Positions 24,319-35,329 of a stretch of DNA of 64,000 nt are shown in pieces. The notes under the pieces were generated by a model. It was given only the letters and a program-made list of their open reading frames with translations. It did not search any database and was not told the DNA's origin. This DNA is from Antedon mediterranea (lineage: Eukaryota; Animalia; Echinodermata), in the NCBI RefSeq assembly GCF_964355755.1, contig NC_092679.1:11763432-11827431 (forward strand). The letters run 5' to 3'. Position 1 is the stretch's first letter. The number at the start of each line of letters is the position of its first letter. The position numbers and the translations under genes were made by a program.

Positions 24319-25136
24319 TGTACTGATTTCTAATCAGTAGGTTAATTTGTATAGCGCCATCGTGCGGGTCCCTTTGGACAGATATGAGAACGTGATAATT
24401 AATTGTTTGTTTAGAGGACATAATAATCAACAAAGTTGTTATGTTGAATTTGAGCTACGATACCGGAACCGGTAATGCATTGTTATAGATGTTTTTTAGC
24501 TTTAGTTATGATACATTTAATATTCGTGACTCCTTCTTGCTTAGGCAGATTGGCATTATTTAGATGGCGAGGTCGTTTAGACTCGCCGCCTAGAGCATGG
24601 AGGGTTGGAGTGGCATGGCCGGAGCAGGTTGTCATGGGTGTCGCTGTTCTGTGGAGCCCACCTTTATGCCCTCAGTTTGTTTGTTTACATTGTTTATTTA
24701 AATTGTTATTTACTGATTATTATCATTACGTTTACTGATAGCAGAATGATTGTAGAAGTTATGACGTGAACTTTAAGATTACTTTATAGTTATTTAGTCT
24801 ATTTAAGACATGCAAATTTGCATCATGTATCACACAGTTAGCTGCACGTCATGGTGTGTTGTGCACATCTGAGCGGTCGGTCCGCTTGACGAAGCATAGA
24901 TTACGTCATGTATGGTTGAGATACGTCATTGTTCTCTTCCTAAGTTTTAATGTTGTATTTACCTCAGTTTGAGGTTGTATTTGCTGATTGCTATTACTTG
25001 TTTGTTTTCAGTAATTTACGGCTAGAGGCTAGAGATTAGAGGTTAGAGATATATGAAGAAATAAAGGCTGTAATACAGCATAAATGAGCCAGTAAATTCG
25101 TCGGTAGCGTTTCATTCTTAAGTACGTGTACTTACA
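24319..25136 (+). repeat. BEL 5' LTR (818 bp)
   Basis: Direct repeat of 30343-31167. Confidence 0.95.
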
Positions 25137-25180
25137 GTAAATTACGGAGGTATTTCAACCAATCCTGAAAGTGAAGCAAG

Positions 25181-28100
25181 ATGCCCGCTAGCACATCTGA
25201 TCAAAAGGACAAGCTGAAACACTCCAGAAGAGTAAAAAGGGGAGCATTCACTAGAGCCTTAAATGTATTAAAAGCAGCGACAGCTGAAGAAAATGAGAAG
25301 GAAGTAGTAGAGAATGCTCTTGAAAGACTGCTAAATGCGTCTAATGGAGTAGAACAAGTTCATGATGCACTCGTTGCAATACTTGACACTGAACCTGAAT
25401 TAGAAGAAGCAGAAACGTATATTGAAATTGTGTTATTAGAGTTCACACAAGGTCTGCAAATAGGGAAAAAATATTTAGCAGATATCAAGGCAAGGGAGAC
25501 ATCAGTGGTGGATACTACTACCAGCAACAGGGAGGATGATGACCGAAACGTAAGCAGCAATGCAATTGCGAAATTCCTAATGAAGAAAGATTTGATCAGC
25601 AATGGTTTGATTAAATTTGATGACAGTCCATTAAATTACAGATCATGGATGGGTACGTTTAAGGCAATTGTCAAAGAGCTATCCTTGAGTGCACGAGAAG
25701 AGTGTGATTTGATGATTAAATGGCTAGGTCCTGAATCGAGGAAAATAGTAATGAGGTTAAGGGCGGTTCATCTAGACAACCCTGAAAATTGCCTAAAGGA
25801 CATGTGGAAACGCTTAAATGAAGAGTATGGTGCCCCAGAGTTGATTGAGAGTGTTCTATTAAAGAAATTAGAAACCTTCACGAGGATCAAAGATGACCAT
25901 CAGCTGAAGGAAATGTCAGACCTGTTAAGGGAAATTGAAGTAGCGAAATCAGATAAAAGACTACCAGGATTGGCCTGCTTTGATACCGCAAGGGGTGTTA
26001 ATATGGTGACAGAAAAACTATCATACCAACTACAAGACCGGTGGCGTACAACCGGGGCAAGGTATAAAGCCGATAAAGATGTGTCGTTCCCGCCATTCAA
26101 TGTTTTTGTAGAGTTTGTTGCAAAAGAGGCCAAGGTACGTAACGACCCGTCATTTCAGGTTACATCTGCATCAAAAAGCCGTGATAGCCATAAGGGAAAT
26201 AAATCTGGTGATTCCGCAAGAGCTTATAGTACTCAGTCCAAGCAGAAAAGGTGTTTTTGTTGTGACGGAAATCACACAGTGGAAGGATGTGATAAATTTA
26301 AGGGTTTAGAATTGAAACAGCGAGAAGAGCTAATAAGAAGGAAAGGATTATGTAGAGGTTGCTTGAAAAAAGGGCACATATGGAGAGAATGTAAGTGCCG
26401 AAGGATTTGTGATATATGTAAAGGCGAGCACCCTACTATCATGCATAGATTTTCAAACAGTACTGCTGAACCACCTGTAGTATCTTCGAACAGTGCAGCT
26501 GAACCACCTGTAGTATCTTCAAACAGCGCAGATAAACCACCTGTAGTATCTTCAAACAATTTGTGCAGCAATACATGTGACAATGAACAGTGTTGCTCTT
26601 CAATAGTGCCTGTGTGGATTGAATATGAGAAACAGGAAAGCATAACATACGCCCTTCTTGATGAGCAGTCAGACTCCTGTTTTATCTCAGCAAAACTTGC
26701 ACAAGAATTAAAAACCAAGGGTGTCCGCATACAACTGGAAATATCAACAGTACTTACAAAGGGATGTGTTACTTCGGAGAAGATAAATGGTTTGAAGGTG
26801 AGAGGACTTAAAGAAGGGAAAACTATAAGTTTACCAGCAGCCTATACTCGGGATTCCATACCAGTATCAAGACACCAGATTCCTACTCCAAACTCAGTGA
26901 ATGGTTGGCAACATCTACAGAAAATAAAAAGTGACTTAAGTCCACTTCTTAATATTGAAGTTGGTCTAATAATAGGCCACAATTGTTCTAGTGCACTGAT
27001 GCCAAGGGAAGTGGTACGAGGTAATCATGACGAAGATCCGTATGCAATTAAGACCTTATTAGGATGGGGTGTGGTAGGTGTCGTTAAGGCACGGAAGGGA
27101 GAACCCACCAACAATGTAAAGCAATTCTCCTTCAAAACAACTACTAAAGAAGTAATAAAGGTGCTGGAAAGAGATTTCTTGGATGATCGTATAAATGGAA
27201 AAATGATATCAGTCGAGGACACGAAATTCTTGAACGCTATGCAAAAAGGATGCAGAACAGAAAATGGATATATCCAACTGCCATTATCATTTAAATTGGA
27301 AATTCCGAAGTTGCCTAACAACAAAGTAGCTGTTGGTAAGAGGTTAATTCAGCTGAGACACAAAATGATAAAACAGCCAACATTCGCTGCAAAATATAAA
27401 GAGTTTATGACTAGTATCATAGACAAAAGTCAGGCAGAAAAGGTACCTACAGAAGAACTTGAGTATGAAAGAGAGTATGGGACTGATGCTGCTGAATTCG
27501 TCCGCAGAGGATTCTACGTGGATGATGCCTTAAAGGCTGTTCCAACGATCGATGGTGCTATCAGTTTGATAAAGAGAACTGTGGATATGCTTAGCAGAGG
27601 CGGCTTTAGGTTGCACAAATTTCTCTCTAATTCTCCAGAGGTATTGAAGTCCTTACCCACCACGTCAATTGCTTCCAAAGTAAACCAGTTGGACTTGAGT
27701 GATCTTCCTACAGAGCGGACGTTGGGTATATTGTGGAATGCAGCGGAAGATACCTTTACATTTGAAGCCAATTTGAGAAATAAGCCATCAACTAGAAGAG
27801 GTATTCTGTCTACGGTGAGTGCTATATTTGACCCTCTTGGGTTTGTTGGTCCTTACGTTCTGTTGGGTAAACGCATATTGCCGGAGATTTGTGCTGGTGG
27901 TGCTGAATGGGATCATCCAGTTGGTGAAGAAACCCTTAGATCATGGGAAGAATGGAAAAAGCAATTGGTGTACTTGAAAGACGTCAGTATTGAAAGATGT
28001 TATAAGCCAATAAGCAATAGAAATTCAGAAATTGTATCCACCGAGCTACACCATTTTAGTGATGCGAGCGAGAAAGGATACGGTCAGTGTTCATACTTAC

Positions 28101-29995
28101 GACTTGTTGATAAAGAAGGTAAAGTGAAGACATCACTCTTAATTAGCAAATGCCGTGTAGCTCCTAAGAGAATGATAACTATACCAAGGTTGGAACTGGC
28201 AGCTGCAGTGGTATCGGTTAAGGTTGCATCCATGCTGAAAGAAGAGATAGAGTATCCGAACGTCACTGAGTATTTCTGGACTGACAGCCAAGTAGTCATT
28301 GGATATATTAATAATGAAGCGAAAAGGTTTAACACCTTTGCAGCTAATAGGGTGCAACAAATTCACGATGCGAGCACTAGTGGTCAGTGGCACTACGTAA
28401 GCAGTGCGGATAATCCCGCTGATATTGCATCACGTGGAATGGATGCTGAGAAATTGAGAGATTGCGAGAGGTGGTGGCATGGACCAGCTTTCTTAAACCG
28501 TGAAAAATATACAATCAACCAGTTACATATTGAAATAAAAGATGACGATGTGGAAGTAAGGCAAGCTAAGGTGTTTGCAACACAAGTGAAAACTGAACTG
28601 ACCACAGACATGTTAAGAAGAACTTCCAGTTGGCACAAGGTACGACAAATACTTGCAAGGTGTTTAATCTTTATTTATAAATTAAGAGGATGGAAGCGAT
28701 CCGGAGAAGTTACGGTAGAAGACCTAACTAGAAGTGAAAAATTGATAATTAAAGCTGTGCAATACAATGAATGGAAGGATTTGAATGCGCTGGTGAAGTT
28801 AGACCCAGTCGTAGACAACGATGGATTGCTGCGTGTAGGAGGTCGTTTAAAGAAAACTAATCTACCAGAAGAAATTAAACATCCAGTAATCATCCCTGCA
28901 AAAAGTGATTTAACCCGATTAATAGTCGGTCATTACCATAATCAAGTGTACCACCAAGGTAGAGGGATTACTCTTAATGCGGTGCGAGCTGCTGGGTTCT
29001 GGATGATAGGTGGCGTGGCATCTGTCTCAAGATATATTCACGACTGCACGGTATGTCGTCGACTTAGACGACCTACAGAACTCCAGCGTATGGCAGATCT
29101 ACCAGTCGAAAGAGCCGAGGCAGGTCCTGCCTTTAGTTACTGTGGCGTAGACTTCTTTGGGCCGATCATTGTAAAAAATGGTAGAAAGGAACTTAAGCGC
29201 TATGGTGTGCTATTTACATGTTTGGTGTCTCGAAGTGTGCACCTGGAGATAGCCAGCTCGTTATCGACAGATTCCTTTATGAATGCCTTTCGGCGATTTT
29301 TATGTAGGAGAGGACCCGTCAGACAAATGAGGTCTGACCAAGGAACCAATTTTATTGGTGCCACAAGAGAGCTGAAGGAAGCAGTAAAGGAGATGGATCA
29401 AGAGGCAATTCGCATAAATATGCTAAGGTTAAATTGTGATTGGAAATTTAACACACCCACTGCAAGCCATCACGGAGGAGCTTGGGAGCGTATGATCAGA
29501 ACAACCAGAAACATTTTTGATAGCTTAATGCTTCAGCATAAGGCGTTATTGAATGATGACATGCTGAGCACATTTATGACAGAAGCAGAAGCAATAATTA
29601 ACAGCAGACCTTTATGTGCTACTAACGATGCATCTTTAGAACCGCTGACACCATTTCACTTGATAACGATGAAAAGCAGTGCGGTGTATGCTCCGCCAGG
29701 AAACTTCAAAAGGGACGGGAAGTTTAGCCGGAAGCTCTGGAGAAGAGTCCAGCACCTGGCGGATACGTTTTGGAGTAGATGGCAAAAAGAATATATTATC
29801 AATTTACAGCAAAGACAGAAGTGGACTAAGAAGAAAAGAAACATAAGCATTGGAGATATTGTACTTTTGTATGAAGAAGGTGTCCCGAGAAATCATTGGG
29901 AGCTTGCTCGAGTTACCAATACCAAGCCGAGTGATGATGGTTTAGTGAGAAGCGTCACTGTCACTGTAACACATTGTCATTTTGTTACCGCATAA
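25181..29995 (+). CDS. BEL/Pao Gag-Pol polyprotein (Gag with 3 Cys/His knuckles, protease, partial RT, RNase H, integrase), 1604 aa
   Basis: CFCCDGNH/CRGCLKKGH/CDICKGEH; ALLDEQSD; FYVDD; HHFSDAS, TIPRLEL, FWTDS, NPADIASRG; H-H-C-C zinc finger, VDFFGP, RSDQGTNF, GGAWERMIR. Confidence 0.93.
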   Translation: MPASTSDQKDKLKHSRRVKRGAFTRALNVLKAATAEENEKEVVENALERLLNASNGVEQVHDALVAILDTEPELEEAETYIEIVLLEFTQGLQIGKKYLADIKARETSVVDTTTSNREDDDRNVSSNAIAKFLMKKDLISNGLIKFDDSPLNYRSWMGTFKAIVKELSLSAREECDLMIKWLGPESRKIVMRLRAVHLDNPENCLKDMWKRLNEEYGAPELIESVLLKKLETFTRIKDDHQLKEMSDLLREIEVAKSDKRLPGLACFDTARGVNMVTEKLSYQLQDRWRTTGARYKADKDVSFPPFNVFVEFVAKEAKVRNDPSFQVTSASKSRDSHKGNKSGDSARAYSTQSKQKRCFCCDGNHTVEGCDKFKGLELKQREELIRRKGLCRGCLKKGHIWRECKCRRICDICKGEHPTIMHRFSNSTAEPPVVSSNSAAEPPVVSSNSADKPPVVSSNNLCSNTCDNEQCCSSIVPVWIEYEKQESITYALLDEQSDSCFISAKLAQELKTKGVRIQLEISTVLTKGCVTSEKINGLKVRGLKEGKTISLPAAYTRDSIPVSRHQIPTPNSVNGWQHLQKIKSDLSPLLNIEVGLIIGHNCSSALMPREVVRGNHDEDPYAIKTLLGWGVVGVVKARKGEPTNNVKQFSFKTTTKEVIKVLERDFLDDRINGKMISVEDTKFLNAMQKGCRTENGYIQLPLSFKLEIPKLPNNKVAVGKRLIQLRHKMIKQPTFAAKYKEFMTSIIDKSQAEKVPTEELEYEREYGTDAAEFVRRGFYVDDALKAVPTIDGAISLIKRTVDMLSRGGFRLHKFLSNSPEVLKSLPTTSIASKVNQLDLSDLPTERTLGILWNAAEDTFTFEANLRNKPSTRRGILSTVSAIFDPLGFVGPYVLLGKRILPEICAGGAEWDHPVGEETLRSWEEWKKQLVYLKDVSIERCYKPISNRNSEIVSTELHHFSDASEKGYGQCSYLRLVDKEGKVKTSLLISKCRVAPKRMITIPRLELAAAVVSVKVASMLKEEIEYPNVTEYFWTDSQVVIGYINNEAKRFNTFAANRVQQIHDASTSGQWHYVSSADNPADIASRGMDAEKLRDCERWWHGPAFLNREKYTINQLHIEIKDDDVEVRQAKVFATQVKTELTTDMLRRTSSWHKVRQILARCLIFIYKLRGWKRSGEVTVEDLTRSEKLIIKAVQYNEWKDLNALVKLDPVVDNDGLLRVGGRLKKTNLPEEIKHPVIIPAKSDLTRLIVGHYHNQVYHQGRGITLNAVRAAGFWMIGGVASVSRYIHDCTVCRRLRRPTELQRMADLPVERAEAGPAFSYCGVDFFGPIIVKNGRKELKRYGVLFTCLVSRSVHLEIASSLSTDSFMNAFRRFLCRRGPVRQMRSDQGTNFIGATRELKEAVKEMDQEAIRINMLRLNCDWKFNTPTASHHGGAWERMIRTTRNIFDSLMLQHKALLNDDMLSTFMTEAEAIINSRPLCATNDASLEPLTPFHLITMKSSAVYAPPGNFKRDGKFSRKLWRRVQHLADTFWSRWQKEYIINLQQRQKWTKKKRNISIGDIVLLYEEGVPRNHWELARVTNTKPSDDGLVRSVTVTVTHCHFVTA

Positions 29996-30342
29996 CTCGA
30001 TACATTCCGCTGCAGAGCAAGGACGTGCTGGCCTTTGTTTTCGGCAAGCACAATTGGTGAGTGTACTTTTCCTTTCTATTTGTGTATAAGGATACATCAT
30101 ATGGCGGGAAGTATGAATGGTATTTTTCTGGCGCTGTCGCTATATGTTATGGTGTGAACAACATCATTGGATAGGCCAGTAACCAAGATTGTGTTGTTGG
30201 TTCCTAAAGATCAGTAATCTAACACTGCAGTTGTAGAAATTATATAATTTAGTAATTGTTTGAATCTTACTTTGTTTATTATTGATAATTATACCATTGT
30301 TTAATTTGTTTGTTAGAAATTGTAGTCAATTTATGGGAGGCC

Positions 30343-31167
30343 TGTACTGATTTCTAATCAGTAGGTTAATTTGTATAGCGCCATCGTGCGGGTCCTTTTG
30401 GACAGATATGAGAACGTGATAATTAATTGTTTGTTTAGAGGACATAATAATCAACAAAGTTGTTATGTTGAATTTGAGCTACGATACCGGAACCGGTAAT
30501 GCTTTGTTATAGATGTTTTTTAGCTTTAGTTATGATACATTTAATATTCGTGACTCCTTCTTGCTTAGGCAGATTGGCATTATTTAGATGGCGAGGTCGT
30601 TTAGACTCGCCGCCTAGAGCATGGAGGGTTGGAGTGACATGGCCGGAGCAGGTTGTCATGGGTGTCGCTGTTCTGTGGAGCCCACCTTTATGCCCTCAGT
30701 TTGTTTGTTTACATTGTTTATTTAAATTGTTATTTACTGATTATTATCATTACGTTTACTGATAGCAGAATGATTGTAGAAGTTATGACGTGAACTTTAA
30801 GATTACTTTATAGTTATTTAGTCTATTTAAGACATGCAAATTTGCATCATGTATCACACAGTTAGCTGCACGTCATGGTGTGTTGTGCACATCTGAGCGG
30901 TCGTTCCGCTTGACGAAGCATAGATTACGTCATGTATGGTTGAGATACGTCATTGTTCTCTTCCTAAGTTTTAATGTTGTATTTACCTCAGTTTGAGGTT
31001 GTATTTGCTGATTGCTATTACTTGTTTGTTTTCAGTAATTTACGGCTAGAGGCTAGAGGCTAGAGATTAGAGGTTAGAGATATATGAAGAAATAAAGGCT
31101 GTAATACAGCATAAATGAGCCAGTAAATTCGTCGGTAGCGTTTCATTCTTAAGTACGTGTACTTACA
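30343..31167 (+). repeat. BEL 3' LTR (825 bp)
   Basis: Followed by the TSD GTAGG (31168-31172). Confidence 0.95.
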
Positions 31168-32546
31168 GTAGGCCTAAGTAGCGAGCGTGAATTAATTTGA
31201 AAACAAACCTGGCCCGTCTGTAATTTCACCTCAACTCACGCTTACCTTTCCGAAGTTGTTACAATTTCGGCATTAATATAAAGAACGTTCAAAATCGATG
31301 ATATTTATTAACTCCGTAATTTTGCAGAACTTTAGTTTTCAAAACACATGATTTTAACTAGGAAAATCTCATCTTGTTTAAAAATGGAGTTGGTAGGTGA
31401 TTATTTACACAAACAAACATTTAACCGTACACTCTCTATTTGCTAATCGACTCCTATTTGCACGACCAATTGAATGTGGACGAATTTATTCTCCAGGCTA
31501 TAGGTAGGCCTACGTATTTTTTAGTGTCCCGTCACATACATTGGTCTATTAAATAACACCACAAAAACTGTACTACATCGAATATTCTATTATTACAGTA
31601 CTTTAATTTTAATATATTTACTGACATTCATGACAACAATATTTAATATGTATATATATCGGTCTAAAATAGTTAGTAAGTAGGCCCTACCCACACCGTT
31701 TACGTACAATACATGTTTTACTTCGTGAAAAAAAATTCGGCCTAGAAATTTACGATGTCTATTTAGTATAAATTAGCTTTGTTTAAAAAATCAGTTCCCT
31801 GTCAAGTCTCTATAAATTGAAGAATATGAAATCATCTACACAAGCATCACAACGATATTTTATTATCCATCTCGTAAATAGCAGAAGTGTCGGCCTTTTC
31901 GTAAGATCATGCCTGCATGGTGGATCGAGTGTGGGTCCATTCTAGCTTTCACATTAATTTCCGGTTCGTTCTCCCGATTTTAATTTTTCATTCTTCAATC
32001 GTCTAACTAACTTGATGTATGATATCCGAAACGATATAGTGGTGTTAAACCTAAGCAATTTAAGCAAAAACAACTTGTTGAAGCTGGCGGTCAAAAAAAT
32101 CAAAACAACAACAATGGTGACTTCTTCCGGTGGGTGGCAGTAAATAACCAAGCGCTGATTGGTTGAATTCCGTCTCTGCATATAACGGTCACTAATATAT
32201 CATGATAACTTCATAAGATCATGATAATTAACAGGCTCTCCGAGAGCACCTTAGCCGGAATTAACGTGATATTCAAGATCACGTTAACGACTTCCTGCAG
32301 GTTCACATAGAACATCATGATAATTTATAAAGAAATTAACGATAATTTCTGAACGTGAACCTAGCTAATCATATATGGATTGATGAAACTAAGCCAGGAC
32401 TGTTTAAAGCACATTTGGCTGGTCCTACTATTGACCAAGGGCTTCTCTCGTCCAGTGCCCATCTTGACCAGAAAAAATGCATAAGCCAATACGTCTGAGA
32501 CAGATACAAGTGCTGCTGCCATAAGATTTAGCAGCACTGATTTCAA

Positions 32547-33506
32547 TAGACTTGCTCCAAGTCTGTGTTATCTTTTTTTTTTATTTATTTGTTTTTATTT
32601 CGACCGCGATTTTTGTCTGAAAATACAGACTTGTGAAACACGTATAGAAATCGATTTGCAGACCACACACATACGATAAGAATGACGTAGGTTATCATAC
32701 CGTATTTGGCTATATGGGGCGGGCGGTATGTAAATATGGATTTCGAATCAACCAATGATCATTTTGTTTCAAAATGAAAGAGATCGAGTACGTAGGCCTA
32801 CCAGTGCTTAATGTACGATCGAGACTGTTGAAATATAAAATAGTAATGCCAAGTTGTTTTGTTTATTAATTGTTTAGTCCTTGGCCTAGGCCTCTTTCGT
32901 AGGTCCTACTCAACTCACACGTATGACCTGCCAAATAAAACGCCAATGAAGTAGGCCTACATACCACCGGCACACAACAGGGCTACACCACCACACAGAA
33001 CAGGGCAGGGTCTGGGTGGGAATTAAATCAAAATTATCTCCGCGTAATAAATGATCCATTCAATGTTTGATTTGCGGAGAAGCTAGCCTATCATATATCA
33101 AGACGAGTTTTCATGTTTCAAAGATCCCATCAAATGTTTACCAGACTACTAGGCATATAAAATAATTTCTAGCCTTCAGAACTTCCATAAATGTACCCAA
33201 GTACACATTGTCTAAACGTAACATAGCGCATGCGCATAATCTTAGTTGTTGAGTCTTTGAAATTCTGAAATATGAATATTTAAACGGTGTACGAGAGATC
33301 TAGAGTAGCCAATCGCATGCAGCTGAAACTAGTCAACCGGATAATCGTATGCACAAATAATTCTTGGTGTCAAACCACGTGACTTGTGCGTGTTTCCCCA
33401 GACGGAGTATCCAAAATCAAGCAGTATACGTATGAAACGCCATATGTGCCAAAATATTTATCTTTTAACTAATATTAAGACAAAACTCCGTCTGGAACCC
33501 AGACTA
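32547..33506. mobile_element. Non-autonomous TAG...CTA DNA element (AcademH-like), copy 1
   Basis: 9-bp TSD TGATTTCAA on both sides; terminal hairpins AGACTTGctcCAAGTCT and GTCTGGaacCCAGAC; second copy at 50699-51561. Confidence 0.75.
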
Positions 33507-33540
33507 TGATTTCAAATGCATAATGTTACCCCAGCACCAT

Positions 33541-33650
33541 ATACAGCAGCCAATATTGCCAGATGGTATCCCATCCAGCTGGACTAACCCAGCGTTAACT
33601 TTGGTGATCTTACGAAAAGAATAACCGGGGTTTCAACGTGGTAAGGCCTC
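33541..33650 (-). pseudogene. Degenerate 5S rRNA-derived sequence (pseudogene or SINE3-type head)
   Basis: Minus strand GGCCTTACCACGTTGAAACCCCGGTT...GATCACCAAAGTTAA...GGTTAGT..TGGATGGG..ACCATCTGGCAATA..GCTGCTGTA parallels animal 5S rRNA, with indels. Confidence 0.7.
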
Positions 33651-34300
33651 ATACACGATATATTTATTGTCAATTTTGGAAAATACAAAAGTAATTTTTT
33701 TTCCCATGCTAAAACAAGTAAAAGATTGTAAAAACAGCCAACTTAAAAAAGTAGATATGGTGTGGATTTCACATAAATTTTGTAACAATAAACGTAACTA
33801 TCAAATGACTATGTAATATAAGGTCCAGCTTTGATTTGATTAGAATTTGGAAACTTATTACTAAAATACATACAAAGTGATAATATTAACTACTGAATCA
33901 ATATTAGATTTGTTAATAATGCCCAAAAGTGAACGTTACCGGTCGACCACAGGTGTTTCTGCAAATGAACGAATTGTTTAACGAAGTTTTAACTCGGAAT
34001 TTTGAGTATTTTTAAGTATCAGAAAAGACCATGTCCATTCGGATATGAATATTCTCATTCATCCAGGTAATATTAAATTTAGAAAGATATCAATCTAATC
34101 CACTGGACTTATTTGTTTAGTAAACAGCGACGTTTCAAAACCTATCCATGCCTATTGATTTCTATTTTTAGTGATGATGTCATACAGCGTATTTAATCCC
34201 TGTCGCTCTTTCTGCATTGTGCGAGCCCTTACTTTATTTTGGTATTGAGCTTTGCTCCATTTCTGAATGATTTATCCAAACAGTTTTTCTCGCTTATTAG

Positions 34301-34488
34301 GTGGTATTGTATTCATCGTAATTAACCAATGATGGCTATCACAAGAACCAGCTTACAACGAAGGCAAACTTGAGGGTGCCTTCCAGAAAAGTGTCGACGA
34401 AGGCAAATGGGAGTTAGTTCTTAGAGAACAGAGAGATAAATATTTTACAAATGATGAAGCAGAAGTGTTTGTTTTCAAAATAAAATAA
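34301..34488 (+). pseudogene. Orphan last exon of a third METTL27-like copy with in-frame TGA
   Basis: Homologous to exon 5 (GGIVFIVINQ*WLSQEPAYNEGKLEGAF...FKIK*). Intact AG acceptor; CGA changed to TGA at 34330-34332. Confidence 0.85.
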
Positions 34489-35125
34489 AATGCGCGTGCA
34501 CACACAGACACACCTACACAAGGTCGTCAAATCGAAATCCCCATATATATAGCATTTCCGTAATACATATTATACAGTACAATTTAACTTGTACGACAAA
34601 CAACACTATATTTAAATTCCATAAAAGTAATTTCAAACCATGTATAAAATAGTTTATGTAATAAAGCAATAAACAATTCTTTAGAATATAATTATATGTT
34701 ATTTATTTTTGGTGACCGATTTCCGTCATTGATAAAACGGTTTTTTTTTTTGTAAGTATAATGTTTAAAGTTATTTAAAATTATACACTATGGAAATGTA
34801 TTTCCATGTACGTCACAGAACCAACCCGGTTTAAGTAGGCAACGTTAGATAACCTAACCAGCTAATTACCAGGCACGACAAAATTTAATCTCATAAAGGA
34901 ACTTAGCTGTAGGAGGTTTCCGAAACAACATAATAATTCAAATATAAACATCGCATATTTCATTATAGGCCTAAACAGCGGTCGTAAGAAAGTGAACTTT
35001 CCGTGGTCCAATTTTGATGAAAACATTAAAGGCAATTGTTCAGAAAAATGTTTGTTGTCGATTAATCCTCGACACATATACATCATGTCAATAGAGAGAC
35101 TTAAATTAGACTGTGCATACGAGTT

Positions 35126-35329
35126 ATTATGGAACGCCGTTTACGCAACATTTCGATGATATGAATTTTATGACGCGATATGTGAATGAAATGCATCGAT
35201 ATGAATTGAATGGCGCGATAACATTTCATTCATATATCGCGCCATCCAATTCATATCGATGCATTTCATTCACATATCGCGTCATACAATTCATATCATC
35301 GAAATGTTGCGTAAATGGCGTTCCATAAG
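35126..35329. repeat. ~200-bp near-perfect palindrome (fold-back MITE)
   Basis: TTATGGAACGCCGTTTACG...CGTAAATGGCGTTCCATAA, ~95-bp arms with a short loop. Confidence 0.85.

Larger units (their letters stand above)
24319..31167 (+). mobile_element. BEL/Pao LTR retrotransposon, young, RT-deleted
   Basis: LTRs 24319-25136 and 30343-31167 (TG...CA) differ by ~4 substitutions plus a 7-bp GGCTAGA unit. 5-bp TSD GTAGG; short PPT GGGAGG before the 3' LTR. Confidence 0.95.
23992..32366. mobile_element. Harbinger-like non-autonomous element hosting the BEL insertion
   Basis: Imperfect TIRs AGCTTCGTTCAC...GTGAACCTAGCT with shared subterminal CGTGATATT/ATCACGTTAAC motifs; TSD not resolved. Confidence 0.5.

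Noticed and set aside
24475-24738. 87-aa ORF conserved in two places (also 30499-30762)
   Set aside because: It lies within the LTRs, so its conservation only reflects LTR identity.
25360-29850. Many minus-strand ORFs within the BEL element
   Set aside because: They are antisense shadows of the long plus-strand ORF with no recognisable motifs.
34330-34332. In-frame TGA as possible selenocysteine
   Set aside because: It aligns to Arg (CGA) in both paralogs, consistent with CpG deamination, and no SECIS was recognised.
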